DNA of 64,000 bases, from positions 17,637 to 81,636 of the IMG/VR virus record IMGVR_UViG_3300047497_000079, one strand, 5' to 3'. Origin of the DNA: a virus. A program made the position numbers and the translations under genes. Below are positions 42,005 to 50,347 of this stretch, piece after piece; within the stretch, counting starts at the first letter, position 1; each line of letters starts with the position of its first letter. The notes under the pieces are model-generated. The model saw only the letters and a program-made list of their open reading frames with translations. It made no database searches and had not been told where the DNA came from.

Positions 42005-42205
42005 TTGACTTCCATAACTATCATCAACGGTTTGCGCGCCGTGGTCTCCAAGGACCCTGGTTCGGCCTACGGCATCCACTTCCCTGATTGCCCTGGCCTG
42101 TACACGGCCGGGGATACGATGGAGGAGCTGTTCGCCAACGCTCACGAAGTCACGAGCATATGGCTGGAGATGGAGCATGATGATCAATTCACAGGGACGA
42201 AATAG
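42005..42205 (+). CDS. HicB-family antitoxin-like protein (stand-alone N-terminal domain)
   Basis: KDPGSAYGIHFPDCPGLYTAGDTMEELFANAHE...WLE. Confidence 0.75.
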   Translation: MTSITIINGLRAVVSKDPGSAYGIHFPDCPGLYTAGDTMEELFANAHEVTSIWLEMEHDDQFTGTK

Positions 42206-42558
42206 AGCACAACTGCCCTGGGAGGGCGAAATGAGCACACCAAACAAAACGATGACGACGGTTGATCTCGGGTCCGAGCGTGTCCTTACCGAGACCGTTG
42301 AACCTGATCCCGCACCCGCACCAAATCGTGATGTCATCCCATTGACCGAAGACGGCGTTACAGAGGCAATGTTCCGCAAAGCGGGATACACAGCCGCGGC
42401 CGCAAGCTTGCCGCTTTCGCAAACCGCATACGAGGCGAAATGCGCTTTTAACGGCGTCCACCCCAAATTCGCTCCTAATTCATGGCGATATGCGCCCAAT
42501 GACTACATGCGGAAATATTGGGAGAATGGGCAAAAATTTCCAAAATCGGAGCAAGCCA

Positions 42559-42993
42559 ATGACTGAAGACCTATCGATCACTCGTAGGAAGCTTTTAGTC
42601 GCAGGGGCCGCAGCGGTATTCGTTCCCGCTTCTGCTTTCGCCGCGCTGGGCTCAATCCCCACAAGGCTGACGGCCCTTAATATCGACGGAGTAGCAGTGC
42701 CCTACTCGTGGGAATTGGCACGGGATATCAAAGCCGTATTTGGCTGGGACATCGAAGATCTGTTCAGCAAGCTTCATGGCACGTCCTTCTCCATTCGAAG
42801 AATAGCCGCTGGTCCATGGTGGGATACAGAACCTACGGAAATCCATTCGTTCCAATCTTTCGAACTCACGACCAACGACAGTCGGGACAAACCAATGCGA
42901 TGGACCCAACTATACGATAAGACCGGGCGTAGCGTCGACTGCTCTATATGCAAAGCTTTTCGTTGTGAATTTGTTGCAGCGCTTGGAGCATGA
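42559..42993 (+). CDS. Protein with Tat-like signal
   Basis: SITRRKLLVAGAAAVFVPASAFA. Confidence 0.55.
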   Translation: MTEDLSITRRKLLVAGAAAVFVPASAFAALGSIPTRLTALNIDGVAVPYSWELARDIKAVFGWDIEDLFSKLHGTSFSIRRIAAGPWWDTEPTEIHSFQSFELTTNDSRDKPMRWTQLYDKTGRSVDCSICKAFRCEFVAALGA

Positions 42994-43233
42994 ATATGGC
43001 AACGTTCTTTCATCTACGCCCCGGCGATAAGGTCAAGCGTCTTATCGGAGGTCTCATTGCCATGCCCATGATCGTGACAGAGGTTAAGGACAGGACGCTC
43101 CTCGCTGATGCCTTCGCAGATGACGGATCAATCTTTCATGGCCAGTGGGAGTTCGACCGTGAAACGGGAGCCGAAGAAGACCCTGAACTTGGATGGGGCA
43201 GGGCTTTCGGCGCGACGGGATCGTTTCTCGTTC

Positions 43234-43461
43234 ATGACTAAATCGTTCGAAAAAGGGGAACTAAATCCATGCCCCGTCTGTGGTAGTAGCGTACAAACCA
43301 GCGCTGACCCTCCCCGTTTCGCGTGGGCAATCTCGTGTAGAGAAGACCACGGCCCGTGCGGCATCACGCTTGTACAGGGTATGAAAGAAGGTAATGCAAC
43401 CTTCTTTGCGAGATGAAACGCGCTGTGGTCCCGGTTCATAGGGACTTGGACAAGAGGATAG
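43234..43461 (+). pseudogene. Lar-like zinc-ribbon protein with a possible premature TGA
   Basis: ELNPCPVCG..ISC...GPCG; FFAR*NAL where Lar-like proteins usually have WN. Confidence 0.4.
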
Positions 43462-43465
43462 GACA

Positions 43466-43792
43466 ATGACCGAACTTGCATGTCTCAGTGAAGGCATCGA
43501 CGACGACACCTATCTCTTTTTGAAAGAGAATGGGTACATCACGGCCAAGCTCCTTGCCACGGGTAAACTTGCCGGCATTTCCCAGTTCATGTTCACGTAC
43601 GGTCTCGTCTCCGGCATCACCGAGTATGGATATGAGATGCGGTGGTGCTACAAATCCTATCTTGAGGCCCTTTTCGCCTTGGACGAATGGGATGGCAAAG
43701 GAACGCCACCCGGCATGTGGATCAAAGAGAAAGGTGGCCGTCGCGGAGACAGACATGGTCCTGGCTCTCCGTATTATAATCAAGAAAAATGA
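43466..43792 (+). CDS. Hypothetical phage protein
   Basis: FMFTYGL..G...GYE.RWCY..WDG.G.PPG.WIKEKG. Confidence 0.6.
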   Translation: MTELACLSEGIDDDTYLFLKENGYITAKLLATGKLAGISQFMFTYGLVSGITEYGYEMRWCYKSYLEALFALDEWDGKGTPPGMWIKEKGGRRGDRHGPGSPYYNQEK

Positions 43793-43795
43793 ACC

Positions 43796-44056
43796 ATGTT
43801 CAAGGTACAGTCAAAACCATGTTCGACGTGCATTTACCGCAAGGACAGTCCTCTCGACTTGAAACAGTTGGAAGACGCCGTGCGAGATCGTTACATGGGA
43901 TTTTGGACACACCGGGTGTGTCATCATTCCGAAGACGCATGCTGCCGTGGCTTCTGGAACCGCCACAAAGATAGGTTTCAGGCGGGTCAGATAGCGCAGC
44001 GTTTGAATCTCGTGCAATTCGTCGACGAAGACATAATTAAGAATACCCCTACCTGA
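43796..44056 (+). CDS. Cys/His-rich hypothetical protein
   Basis: PCSTCIYR..VCHH..CCRGF. Confidence 0.6.
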   Translation: MFKVQSKPCSTCIYRKDSPLDLKQLEDAVRDRYMGFWTHRVCHHSEDACCRGFWNRHKDRFQAGQIAQRLNLVQFVDEDIIKNTPT

Positions 44057-44064
44057 GACTCCTC

Positions 44065-45468
44065 ATGATCATTGATGTTAACCGCCCCATCACGGGAAAG
44101 ACTCTCATTGACCTCGGATACAAGTCTGGTCCCTGGTTTTCCCGTGCCATAGCCGAAGCCGAAGCGGCGCGGAAGCTTCATCGCCCCGCTGACGAGATCC
44201 GCCTCATCATCGACAGCTACGTTCCGGCACCGCCGACGCCGCTACACCCCATGGGGTTTCGGCCGTTCCATCTCAATATCGAAGCCGTGAACGAAGGAGA
44301 TGCCGATAACATCAACAAGGTGTCCGTGGCGATGGACCATATCATGCGCGTTCCTACCGTCGTTGCAGGGGCCATCATGCCCGATGCCTGTCCCACGGGA
44401 GGTCCGGGAGAGATCCCCGTAGGCGGCGTTGTAGCCACGCAGGGGGCCATTCATCCGGGGTGGCACTCCTCTGACATCTGTTGCTCTCTTGCCATGTCCG
44501 TGCTCGGAGACGTCGATCCGAAGGCCGTTTTGGACGCGGGTATGGCCCTCACTCATTTTGGACCTGGGGGCCGGCCGCGGTCGGGACAGATCCGGCCCAA
44601 TCTCGAATTCCTGGAACGGATGAACGAGAACAGCTTCATGAAGCACGTCGTATCCGAAGCCATTGAGCACAACGCCACGCAGGGCGACGGCAACCACTTT
44701 TTCTATGTGGGACGGGTAGCTTCCACGGGCCACACGGCCATCGTCACCCACCATGGCTCACGAAAGCCCGGTGCCCTCCTGTATAAGATGGGTATGGTCC
44801 TGGCCGAGAAGAACCGTAAGAAGATCTGCCCCGAGGCCCCGCCCGTCGCGGGCTGGATCGACGCCGACACTTACGAAGGCGAGGAATACTGGAACGCCCT
44901 GCAACTGATCCGTGAATGGACCAAGAACAACCACATGGTCATTCATCACCTCGTATCCGGGCGGCTCAAGGCAAAGATCCGCGATCAGATGTGGAACGAA
45001 CATAATTTTATTTTTCGTAAGACGGACGGGCACTTCTACCACGCGAAGGGGGCGACACCTGCTTACAAGGGATATGCCGCCGACGAAACGGGCGTAACGC
45101 TGATCCCCCTGAACATGGCCGAACCTATCCTCATGGTCGAGGGCCTCGATGCTCCTAATGGTCTCGGCTTTTCTCCTCACGGGGCAGGCCGGAACTATTC
45201 CCGTACGGCGTTCATGAACTCGTTAGGACCTAACGCCGATAAGAAGGAGATCGTCGCGGAACAGACCAAGGGCATAGACGCCCGTTTCTTCTGTGGTGTT
45301 CCCGATCTGAGCGAGCTGCCCGGAGCCTACAAGAATGCCTCCACAGTTCGTTCGCTCATCGACAAGTTCGGACTTGCCAAGGTCGTCGATACCGTCGAAC
45401 CTTACGGTTGTATCATGGCCGGGGACTGGCAGGTGAACGCGCCGTGGCGAAAGAAGAAAGGTAGATGA
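44065..45468 (+). CDS. rtcB: RtcB-family RNA ligase
   Basis: IMPDACP, IPVGGV, SDICCS, GDGNHF, HHGSR, HNF, KGATPA, HGAGR, SELPGAYK. Confidence 0.92.
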   Translation: MIIDVNRPITGKTLIDLGYKSGPWFSRAIAEAEAARKLHRPADEIRLIIDSYVPAPPTPLHPMGFRPFHLNIEAVNEGDADNINKVSVAMDHIMRVPTVVAGAIMPDACPTGGPGEIPVGGVVATQGAIHPGWHSSDICCSLAMSVLGDVDPKAVLDAGMALTHFGPGGRPRSGQIRPNLEFLERMNENSFMKHVVSEAIEHNATQGDGNHFFYVGRVASTGHTAIVTHHGSRKPGALLYKMGMVLAEKNRKKICPEAPPVAGWIDADTYEGEEYWNALQLIREWTKNNHMVIHHLVSGRLKAKIRDQMWNEHNFIFRKTDGHFYHAKGATPAYKGYAADETGVTLIPLNMAEPILMVEGLDAPNGLGFSPHGAGRNYSRTAFMNSLGPNADKKEIVAEQTKGIDARFFCGVPDLSELPGAYKNASTVRSLIDKFGLAKVVDTVEPYGCIMAGDWQVNAPWRKKKGR

Positions 45469-45470
45469 TC

Positions 45471-45560
45471 GGAAGGGTGGTTGAGCGGTTGAAAGCACTG
45501 GTCTTGAAAACCAGCGGCCCCTCATGGGGTCCGTGGGTTCGAATCCCACCCCTTCCACCA
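45471..45560 (+). tRNA. tRNA-Ser(TGA)
   Basis: GGAAGGG acceptor, anticodon arm CTGGT-CTTGAAA-ACCAG, long variable arm, GGTTCGAATCC, CCA. Confidence 0.93.
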
Positions 45561-45751
45561 CAGAGGTGATGACAATGGACAAGCTCTTGAGACGCTACTT
45601 TGCGGATTACATCGTCGATAGTTCTTCAGGGCGTTCTATCATTACCTTATCCGTACAGACTTTTAAAAACTGGACTACTTCCGTTTTTATCGCGGGCATG
45701 GTCGCGATGTGGTTTCTAATGGCTGTCTCTTATTTAATTGGAAGATTATAG

Positions 45752-45949
45752 ATGAATGATTATTTCGATCTTCTCTATTCCCTAGTCAAACGCGGTGCTG
45801 CTGTCACCGTCGTGTGTGATGAAAACAACAACTCGAAAGAAAGCATTGAAAAAGGATATCTGAATATTGATCTTTATGCCACGTTTCCACCGGGGAGTAT
45901 TGAGTTCGTGAAAGTACCACCATTAGAAAAGGACGGCTTAGATGGATAA
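45752..45949 (+). CDS. Small protein resembling the tail-sheath C-terminal domain
   Basis: VVCDENNNSKESIEKGYLNIDLY..P..SIEFV. Confidence 0.55.
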   Translation: MNDYFDLLYSLVKRGAAVTVVCDENNNSKESIEKGYLNIDLYATFPPGSIEFVKVPPLEKDGLDG

Positions 45950-46403
45950 TGTTCTGAACGAAATGGCGCAGTTCTGCCTTAAGTATAAGTCTAGCCGCTC
46001 TTACACGCTCGATGGTAACTCAATCGTCTTTCATCCGTGTGGCATTCGTTCCCACAATCCTAACGACGTTGCAAATCGCTACTGTGCCGTGTGCCATCAA
46101 TTCATTCCCGACCGGGAAGTACCGATGGAGCAACGGCGATGAAGAAGAAATTTCCCTCCTTGGAATACTCTCGTGCCGTTACGGCATTGGCGATGTCTAA
46201 GACCGAGGCTTGGAAAATGCGGAAATTTCTTGAGGGCCGGGTCATTGCCCTTAGAGAAGAAGCCAAGCAAATCGAAGACTTTCTCGTCGAATCGACTTCG
46301 GAAGTGGATAGTTGGTACGAAGTGATAAAGAAGGAGGAGACCGAAGCCGATTTGATGCGCCGTTCAAATCCTGGAAAACCACGAGCCGAATGATCCCGCA
46401 CAA

Positions 46404-46721
46404 TTAGCCAGCCTCAAGATCGTCAGGGATGCCCTTCATGCTCTCCGTGCAGTGATCGCCTGGGATCTTGAAGACCACGTTCTGGACCAACGTCAGGACC
46501 CGGCAGGCAATACATCCCTCCTCGTACATCCATATCGGTTGATCCTTGAGATGCAGATCGCGCATCTCGGCCCATGCTTCTGAGCAGGTGTAGCGGAAGC
46601 ATCCAAGGGCTGGAACGCAGTGTGCGACGAAGATCGTGAAGACGCCGCCGATCAGGACGTTGAGGCCGACGTCGATCCATTTGAGGATGTTCATAAAGAA
46701 TGTGATGAAGCGCGTAAACAC
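46404..46721 (-). CDS. Small late protein
   Basis: TAAATA-N4-GTG; IDVGLNVLIGG..DHCTES. Confidence 0.55.
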   Translation of the reverse strand: MFTRFITFFMNILKWIDVGLNVLIGGVFTIFVAHCVPALGCFRYTCSEAWAEMRDLHLKDQPIWMYEEGCIACRVLTLVQNVVFKIPGDHCTESMKGIPDDLEAG

Positions 46722-46747
46722 CCGCTATTTATTTTCTAAATACCCGT

Positions 46748-47734
46748 ATGCTTTCTTTCGCTTCCTTCCTGTATGAAAAAGAAATTGATGCCGTTCATTC
46801 AACGAAGGTTGATTTTAAACGCTTTGCTAAAAAGTATGTTTCGAATAAAAACCGATGGGGTCCTGGCTTTTATTTCACACCCCTCGATACGGTAAAGCGC
46901 GAATACGCCAACACAGGCGAAACATACTTCTACGCCGCCGGCCGGTGGGGGCACAACAAAATCGTCGTCCTGTCATACAAGAAGCCATTTAAGGTCAAGT
47001 CATCTGACTGGGATAACTATCGAGGCCCCTGGGATCTCCTATGGCACGGCGGTTACAAATGGAAAAAGCCGCCGCTCGATCAAACCAACGAAATTATAGG
47101 CACCATGTTTGCCAAAGGCGAGATTGATCTTGCTGATCGGACGAAGATCGCAAAGGTACAAAACTCCGTTCGTAATGCCTTCATGAATGCCATGAAACAA
47201 GGAGGCTTTGACGCCGTAGAGGTATACATCGGGGCAATCCTGATGATCGTCGTGGTTTACTCGTCCTCTAATATCAAAGACAAATTTCTCAAAGACAAGA
47301 AACTAAAACCTTATGACCACTGGACCCAAGTGTGGTGGTCATTTGAAGGCGATCATATTCTGGATGCACTTTTTGACGAGGCTCAAATGCTTGATAAGGT
47401 CATTCCGAAACTGAGTAAGGACGAAAGACAGGCCGAGCTGGCAATGAAGTGTGCCCTTCAGTGGATTGATCACCTTGCAGGAAAACGAAAGATCACTGCA
47501 TTTCAGAATGGGTCCGGCGATGCCCTTGATAAGCTCATTCAAAGAGCATTTGTTATCGGTTTAGACCTCAAGCGTGCTTTTAAGCAGCGAGATCTAGTGG
47601 AGTTTAAGCGACTAATTCCAACTTACAAGCGTGCGCTAAGCGCGATCAGAACAGAACGAAAACGGCTTGCTGGTATGACGTTCCGTTACAAACAAAGAGA
47701 CGACGAAAGTTTCCTCGACCCTTCCGGGGACTAA
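46748..47734 (+). CDS. Putative ADP-ribosyltransferase-fold protein (ART-PolyVal-like) with capsid-targeting-like N-terminus
   Basis: MLSFASFLYE; VHST..DFKRF....WGPGFYFT..GFDAV; TAAATA-N5-ATG. Confidence 0.6.
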   Translation: MLSFASFLYEKEIDAVHSTKVDFKRFAKKYVSNKNRWGPGFYFTPLDTVKREYANTGETYFYAAGRWGHNKIVVLSYKKPFKVKSSDWDNYRGPWDLLWHGGYKWKKPPLDQTNEIIGTMFAKGEIDLADRTKIAKVQNSVRNAFMNAMKQGGFDAVEVYIGAILMIVVVYSSSNIKDKFLKDKKLKPYDHWTQVWWSFEGDHILDALFDEAQMLDKVIPKLSKDERQAELAMKCALQWIDHLAGKRKITAFQNGSGDALDKLIQRAFVIGLDLKRAFKQRDLVEFKRLIPTYKRALSAIRTERKRLAGMTFRYKQRDDESFLDPSGD

Positions 47735-47819
47735 TTTCACTACTTCCAGGCAAACTATTCCTTAACCCTAACGGTTGTATTCTCCTGGCATCGTAAGCGA
47801 ACCTCGGAGAAGTAACAGT

Positions 47820-48185
47820 ATGATGAACCCCGTTGAACTTCGTCTATTCCAGTCGGCCTACTGGGCTGCCATGGCAAAGACGAGGGAGCATCGCGTAGCT
47901 CACAAGTACGCCGTGCAGCCGTCCGCCAAGGAATTCCACAAGCACATGATGGCTAGCACCCTAGCCGATGCCAAGTCGATAAGGGACACGATCACCCGAT
48001 ATACGACGCCGCCGAAGCCGATGCGGATACACAGACCCCGCAAGCCCGCGACCAAGAAAACCTTCATATCAGACGCGCGCTGGTCAGTGTTCAAAATTCG
48101 GGAAGGAGTGTTTAAGCACGCCCCCATCGGCGGTAGTTCTGGTGCGATCTTCAAAGACCCGGCCGCTCGTATGTGTCTGTGCTAG
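47820..48185 (+). CDS. Hypothetical basic protein
   Basis: GGAG RBS, upstream promoter-like sequence. Confidence 0.5.
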   Translation: MMNPVELRLFQSAYWAAMAKTREHRVAHKYAVQPSAKEFHKHMMASTLADAKSIRDTITRYTTPPKPMRIHRPRKPATKKTFISDARWSVFKIREGVFKHAPIGGSSGAIFKDPAARMCLC

Positions 48186-48221
48186 TACTTGAACTGCTTC
48201 TCCTGTCACCCATATGAATAT

Positions 48222-48323
48222 TGCCAAAGGCAGCAAATAGGAAACGGACCTCCGGTTTACTAGGCGCGCCCCTATGGGGATTAGCTAACACCTACTGAAG
48301 CTTTATCCCCGCTGCCTTTGGCA
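48222..48323 (+). ncRNA. Unknown structured RNA A
   Basis: 13-bp closing stem TGCCAAAGGCAGC/GCTGCCTTTGGCA enclosing further stems. Confidence 0.55.
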
Positions 48324-48406
48324 TCACCCACTACTCTCTTTACCTTAATGCTGATCATCGGACCACTCCACCTTGCCATTATGTTTTTGATATCCATTTC
48401 AAGTGA

Positions 48407-48504
48407 GCCGGGGATACTCTAATGCAGGAGTTTTCTTCGGGAGACGGGTCTCCACTTTAGCAGAAGTAGTCTGCTTTCCTGCGGGCCGTGTAAGTATCCC
48501 CGGC
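48407..48504 (+). ncRNA. Unknown structured RNA B
   Basis: 12-bp closing stem GCCGGGGATACT/AGTATCCCCGGC; cUUCGg hairpin; AGCAGA/TCTGCT hairpin. Confidence 0.6.
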
Positions 48505-48523
48505 ACAATCTCCTCCCCTATAT

Positions 48524-48594
48524 CGTGATGTAGCTCAATTAGAGCCCCTGCCTGTCGGGGAGATGAAGGTTCAAGTCCTTCCATCACGACCCCA
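48524..48594 (+). tRNA. tRNA-like RNA with a defective anticodon arm (Asp-like remnant)
   Basis: CGTGATG/CATCACG acceptor, TAGCTCAATTAGAGC D-arm, GAAGG-TTCAAGT-CCTTC T-arm; anticodon arm CCCTGCCTGTCGGGG is short. Confidence 0.6.
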
Positions 48595-48595
48595 T

Positions 48596-48627
48596 AAAAA
48601 AAGGACCGCAACAGCGGTCCTTTTTTC
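48596..48627. terminator. Bidirectional intrinsic terminator
   Basis: AAAAAAGGACCGC-aaca-GCGGTCCTTTTTT. Confidence 0.85.
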
Positions 48628-48642
48628 TTTCCGAGAACGACC

Positions 48643-49413
48643 TTAAGCGGCCAGGGGGAGAACTCTTCTGGCTCGTTCGTCTTTCAACCACCCATTGATC
48701 AAATCATTAGACATTGCACGAGCCGGGGCATTCAACATCATTTTGATCACATGAGCCGATTGAAAGGCCCCCGACGAGGTGTCGTGACCATAACCCTTCA
48801 CGACGGCGTTGATTACGTCATTTGCCGATGAAGGGAACTCCCACTCGGGGTGAGCCTCAAAGAGCTGCATAAACCCATATATCATTCCCACAGTGTGGGA
48901 TTCGACTTCCCAAGGCAAATTGTTGTATTCGGCGTTGGAACTGATCCCGCCTTCGCCGCCGAGCTTTTCCAATACACTCTTCTTTGCATTCCAGAACCGT
49001 AGCGGTTCCTTGAAATGCTGTGTGAGGTGCGTCACTTCGTGTGCAATTACGGACTCGGTCTGTTCGAGAGAAGCTTGATCCCGAATTCCGTTTATCATCA
49101 ATATACACAGGGTGTCTGGTGACGGTGAAGGAAAGATACATTGACCTTTTGTTTCGGGGTTCATCAAGGGAGAAGGTACCACCATTACCTTATCCCATCG
49201 AATTGGTGATGCGTCGTAAGGCGTTACGGAGAGAATTCTGAAAACACCTGGGCATGGGCCATTTTCTCTCAAGTTGGCAGCAAGAGCTTTCTTGAGATGC
49301 TTTGTCACCCCAAAGATGCCTGGAATATCCTGTGATGTTATGAGCCTCGCCTGTGAATCATAAAAGGCCGGCTGCGGGTCGAGATAGTAAGCAAATGGAA
49401 GCTTCTTGGTCAT
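48643..49413 (-). CDS. HExxH metallopeptidase
   Basis: VIAHEVTHLTQ..EYNNLPWEVESH. Confidence 0.7.
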   Translation of the reverse strand: MTKKLPFAYYLDPQPAFYDSQARLITSQDIPGIFGVTKHLKKALAANLRENGPCPGVFRILSVTPYDASPIRWDKVMVVPSPLMNPETKGQCIFPSPSPDTLCILMINGIRDQASLEQTESVIAHEVTHLTQHFKEPLRFWNAKKSVLEKLGGEGGISSNAEYNNLPWEVESHTVGMIYGFMQLFEAHPEWEFPSSANDVINAVVKGYGHDTSSGAFQSAHVIKMMLNAPARAMSNDLINGWLKDERARRVLPLAA

Positions 49414-49539
49414 GTAGTGTTCCTCAACGAAGATGATCCGTATCTCGGGTTTTCATTAATGAATACAAGTTGAAATTTACCGTTAAGGTTAAACTACTCC
49501 TTTGAAGGGCGGGTCGTTCCTCGTTTGGATAAATAGGAG

Positions 49540-49938
49540 ATGCTTTCGTTTGTCTCCTTCGTCAAAAGACGGCTGTTCGAAGCCCTGGAAACGCCCGTTC
49601 TTCGAAATCCTCCTATGACGAAAATAAAGCAGATCGCCCGCGAAGACCCTTCGAATGTGGCCCGATTCGTCATTGACGAGTTCGGCGACATCTACGTGGC
49701 CAAGGCTCACGACATCATTCATTCTCAGATGATGGTAGCACAGGGCGTGTCGGACGACGACGCCCTCCTTGGCTTTGTCACATACGAACACGGCCAATTC
49801 TACTACTACATTTCACAGGGCGAACCTCGAAGGCACAAAGAAGACCTAGCTCGTCTAGCCCGCTTCGACATCCATCCCGGCGATTCTCACGACTGGCGTA
49901 CGATGATGCAGCTCGGGGCCATCGGAGCGCGCTGGTAG
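49540..49938 (+). CDS. Capsid-targeting-like N-terminus plus one NP/RFVID domain
   Basis: MLSFVSFV..LFE; RNP..ARFVIDEFGDIYVA; TAAATA-N4-ATG. Confidence 0.7.
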   Translation: MLSFVSFVKRRLFEALETPVLRNPPMTKIKQIAREDPSNVARFVIDEFGDIYVAKAHDIIHSQMMVAQGVSDDDALLGFVTYEHGQFYYYISQGEPRRHKEDLARLARFDIHPGDSHDWRTMMQLGAIGARW

Positions 49939-49977
49939 TGCTCTTTTCTAACTAACTTTTCAATTAAGGATATTTCA

Positions 49978-50343
49978 ATGTCTTTCTTCAAGGCACTCTC
50001 TACCATTTTCATTTTTTGCTGCCTATGCCTCCCGGCCGCGGCTGAATGTGGAATTGCCTCCACATATTCGTCAGGACGCCTGACAGCTAACGGTGAGCGT
50101 TACGATCACATGGGCATCTCCGCCGCTCACAAGACGCTCCCTTTTGGTACCCATGTCATCGTCCGCAATCAGAGGACCGGGCGGAGTATCACCGTCCGCA
50201 TCAATGACCGGGGTCCTTTCGTCGCCGGCCGTATCATAGACCTATCTACGGGGGCCAAGAATGCCCTTGGAATGGGTGGTCTGGCCCCTGTGTGCATCGA
50301 GGTCGTTTCCTACGGTCCTAGACGCGCCCGGCGCTCTAAATAG
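49978..50343 (+). CDS. RlpA-like (DPBB) lytic transglycosylase with signal peptide
   Basis: GIAS.Y..TANGE..AAHKTLPFGT..VRINDRGPF..GRIIDLS. Confidence 0.9.
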   Translation: MSFFKALSTIFIFCCLCLPAAAECGIASTYSSGRLTANGERYDHMGISAAHKTLPFGTHVIVRNQRTGRSITVRINDRGPFVAGRIIDLSTGAKNALGMGGLAPVCIEVVSYGPRRARRSK

Positions 50344-50347
50344 AGGT

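Noticed and set aside
48222-48504. Y RNA, SRP RNA or tmRNA identity for the structured RNAs
   Set aside because: I could not see the diagnostic motifs (Ro-binding bulged helix, SRP GGAA loop, tag ORF), so they are left as unknown
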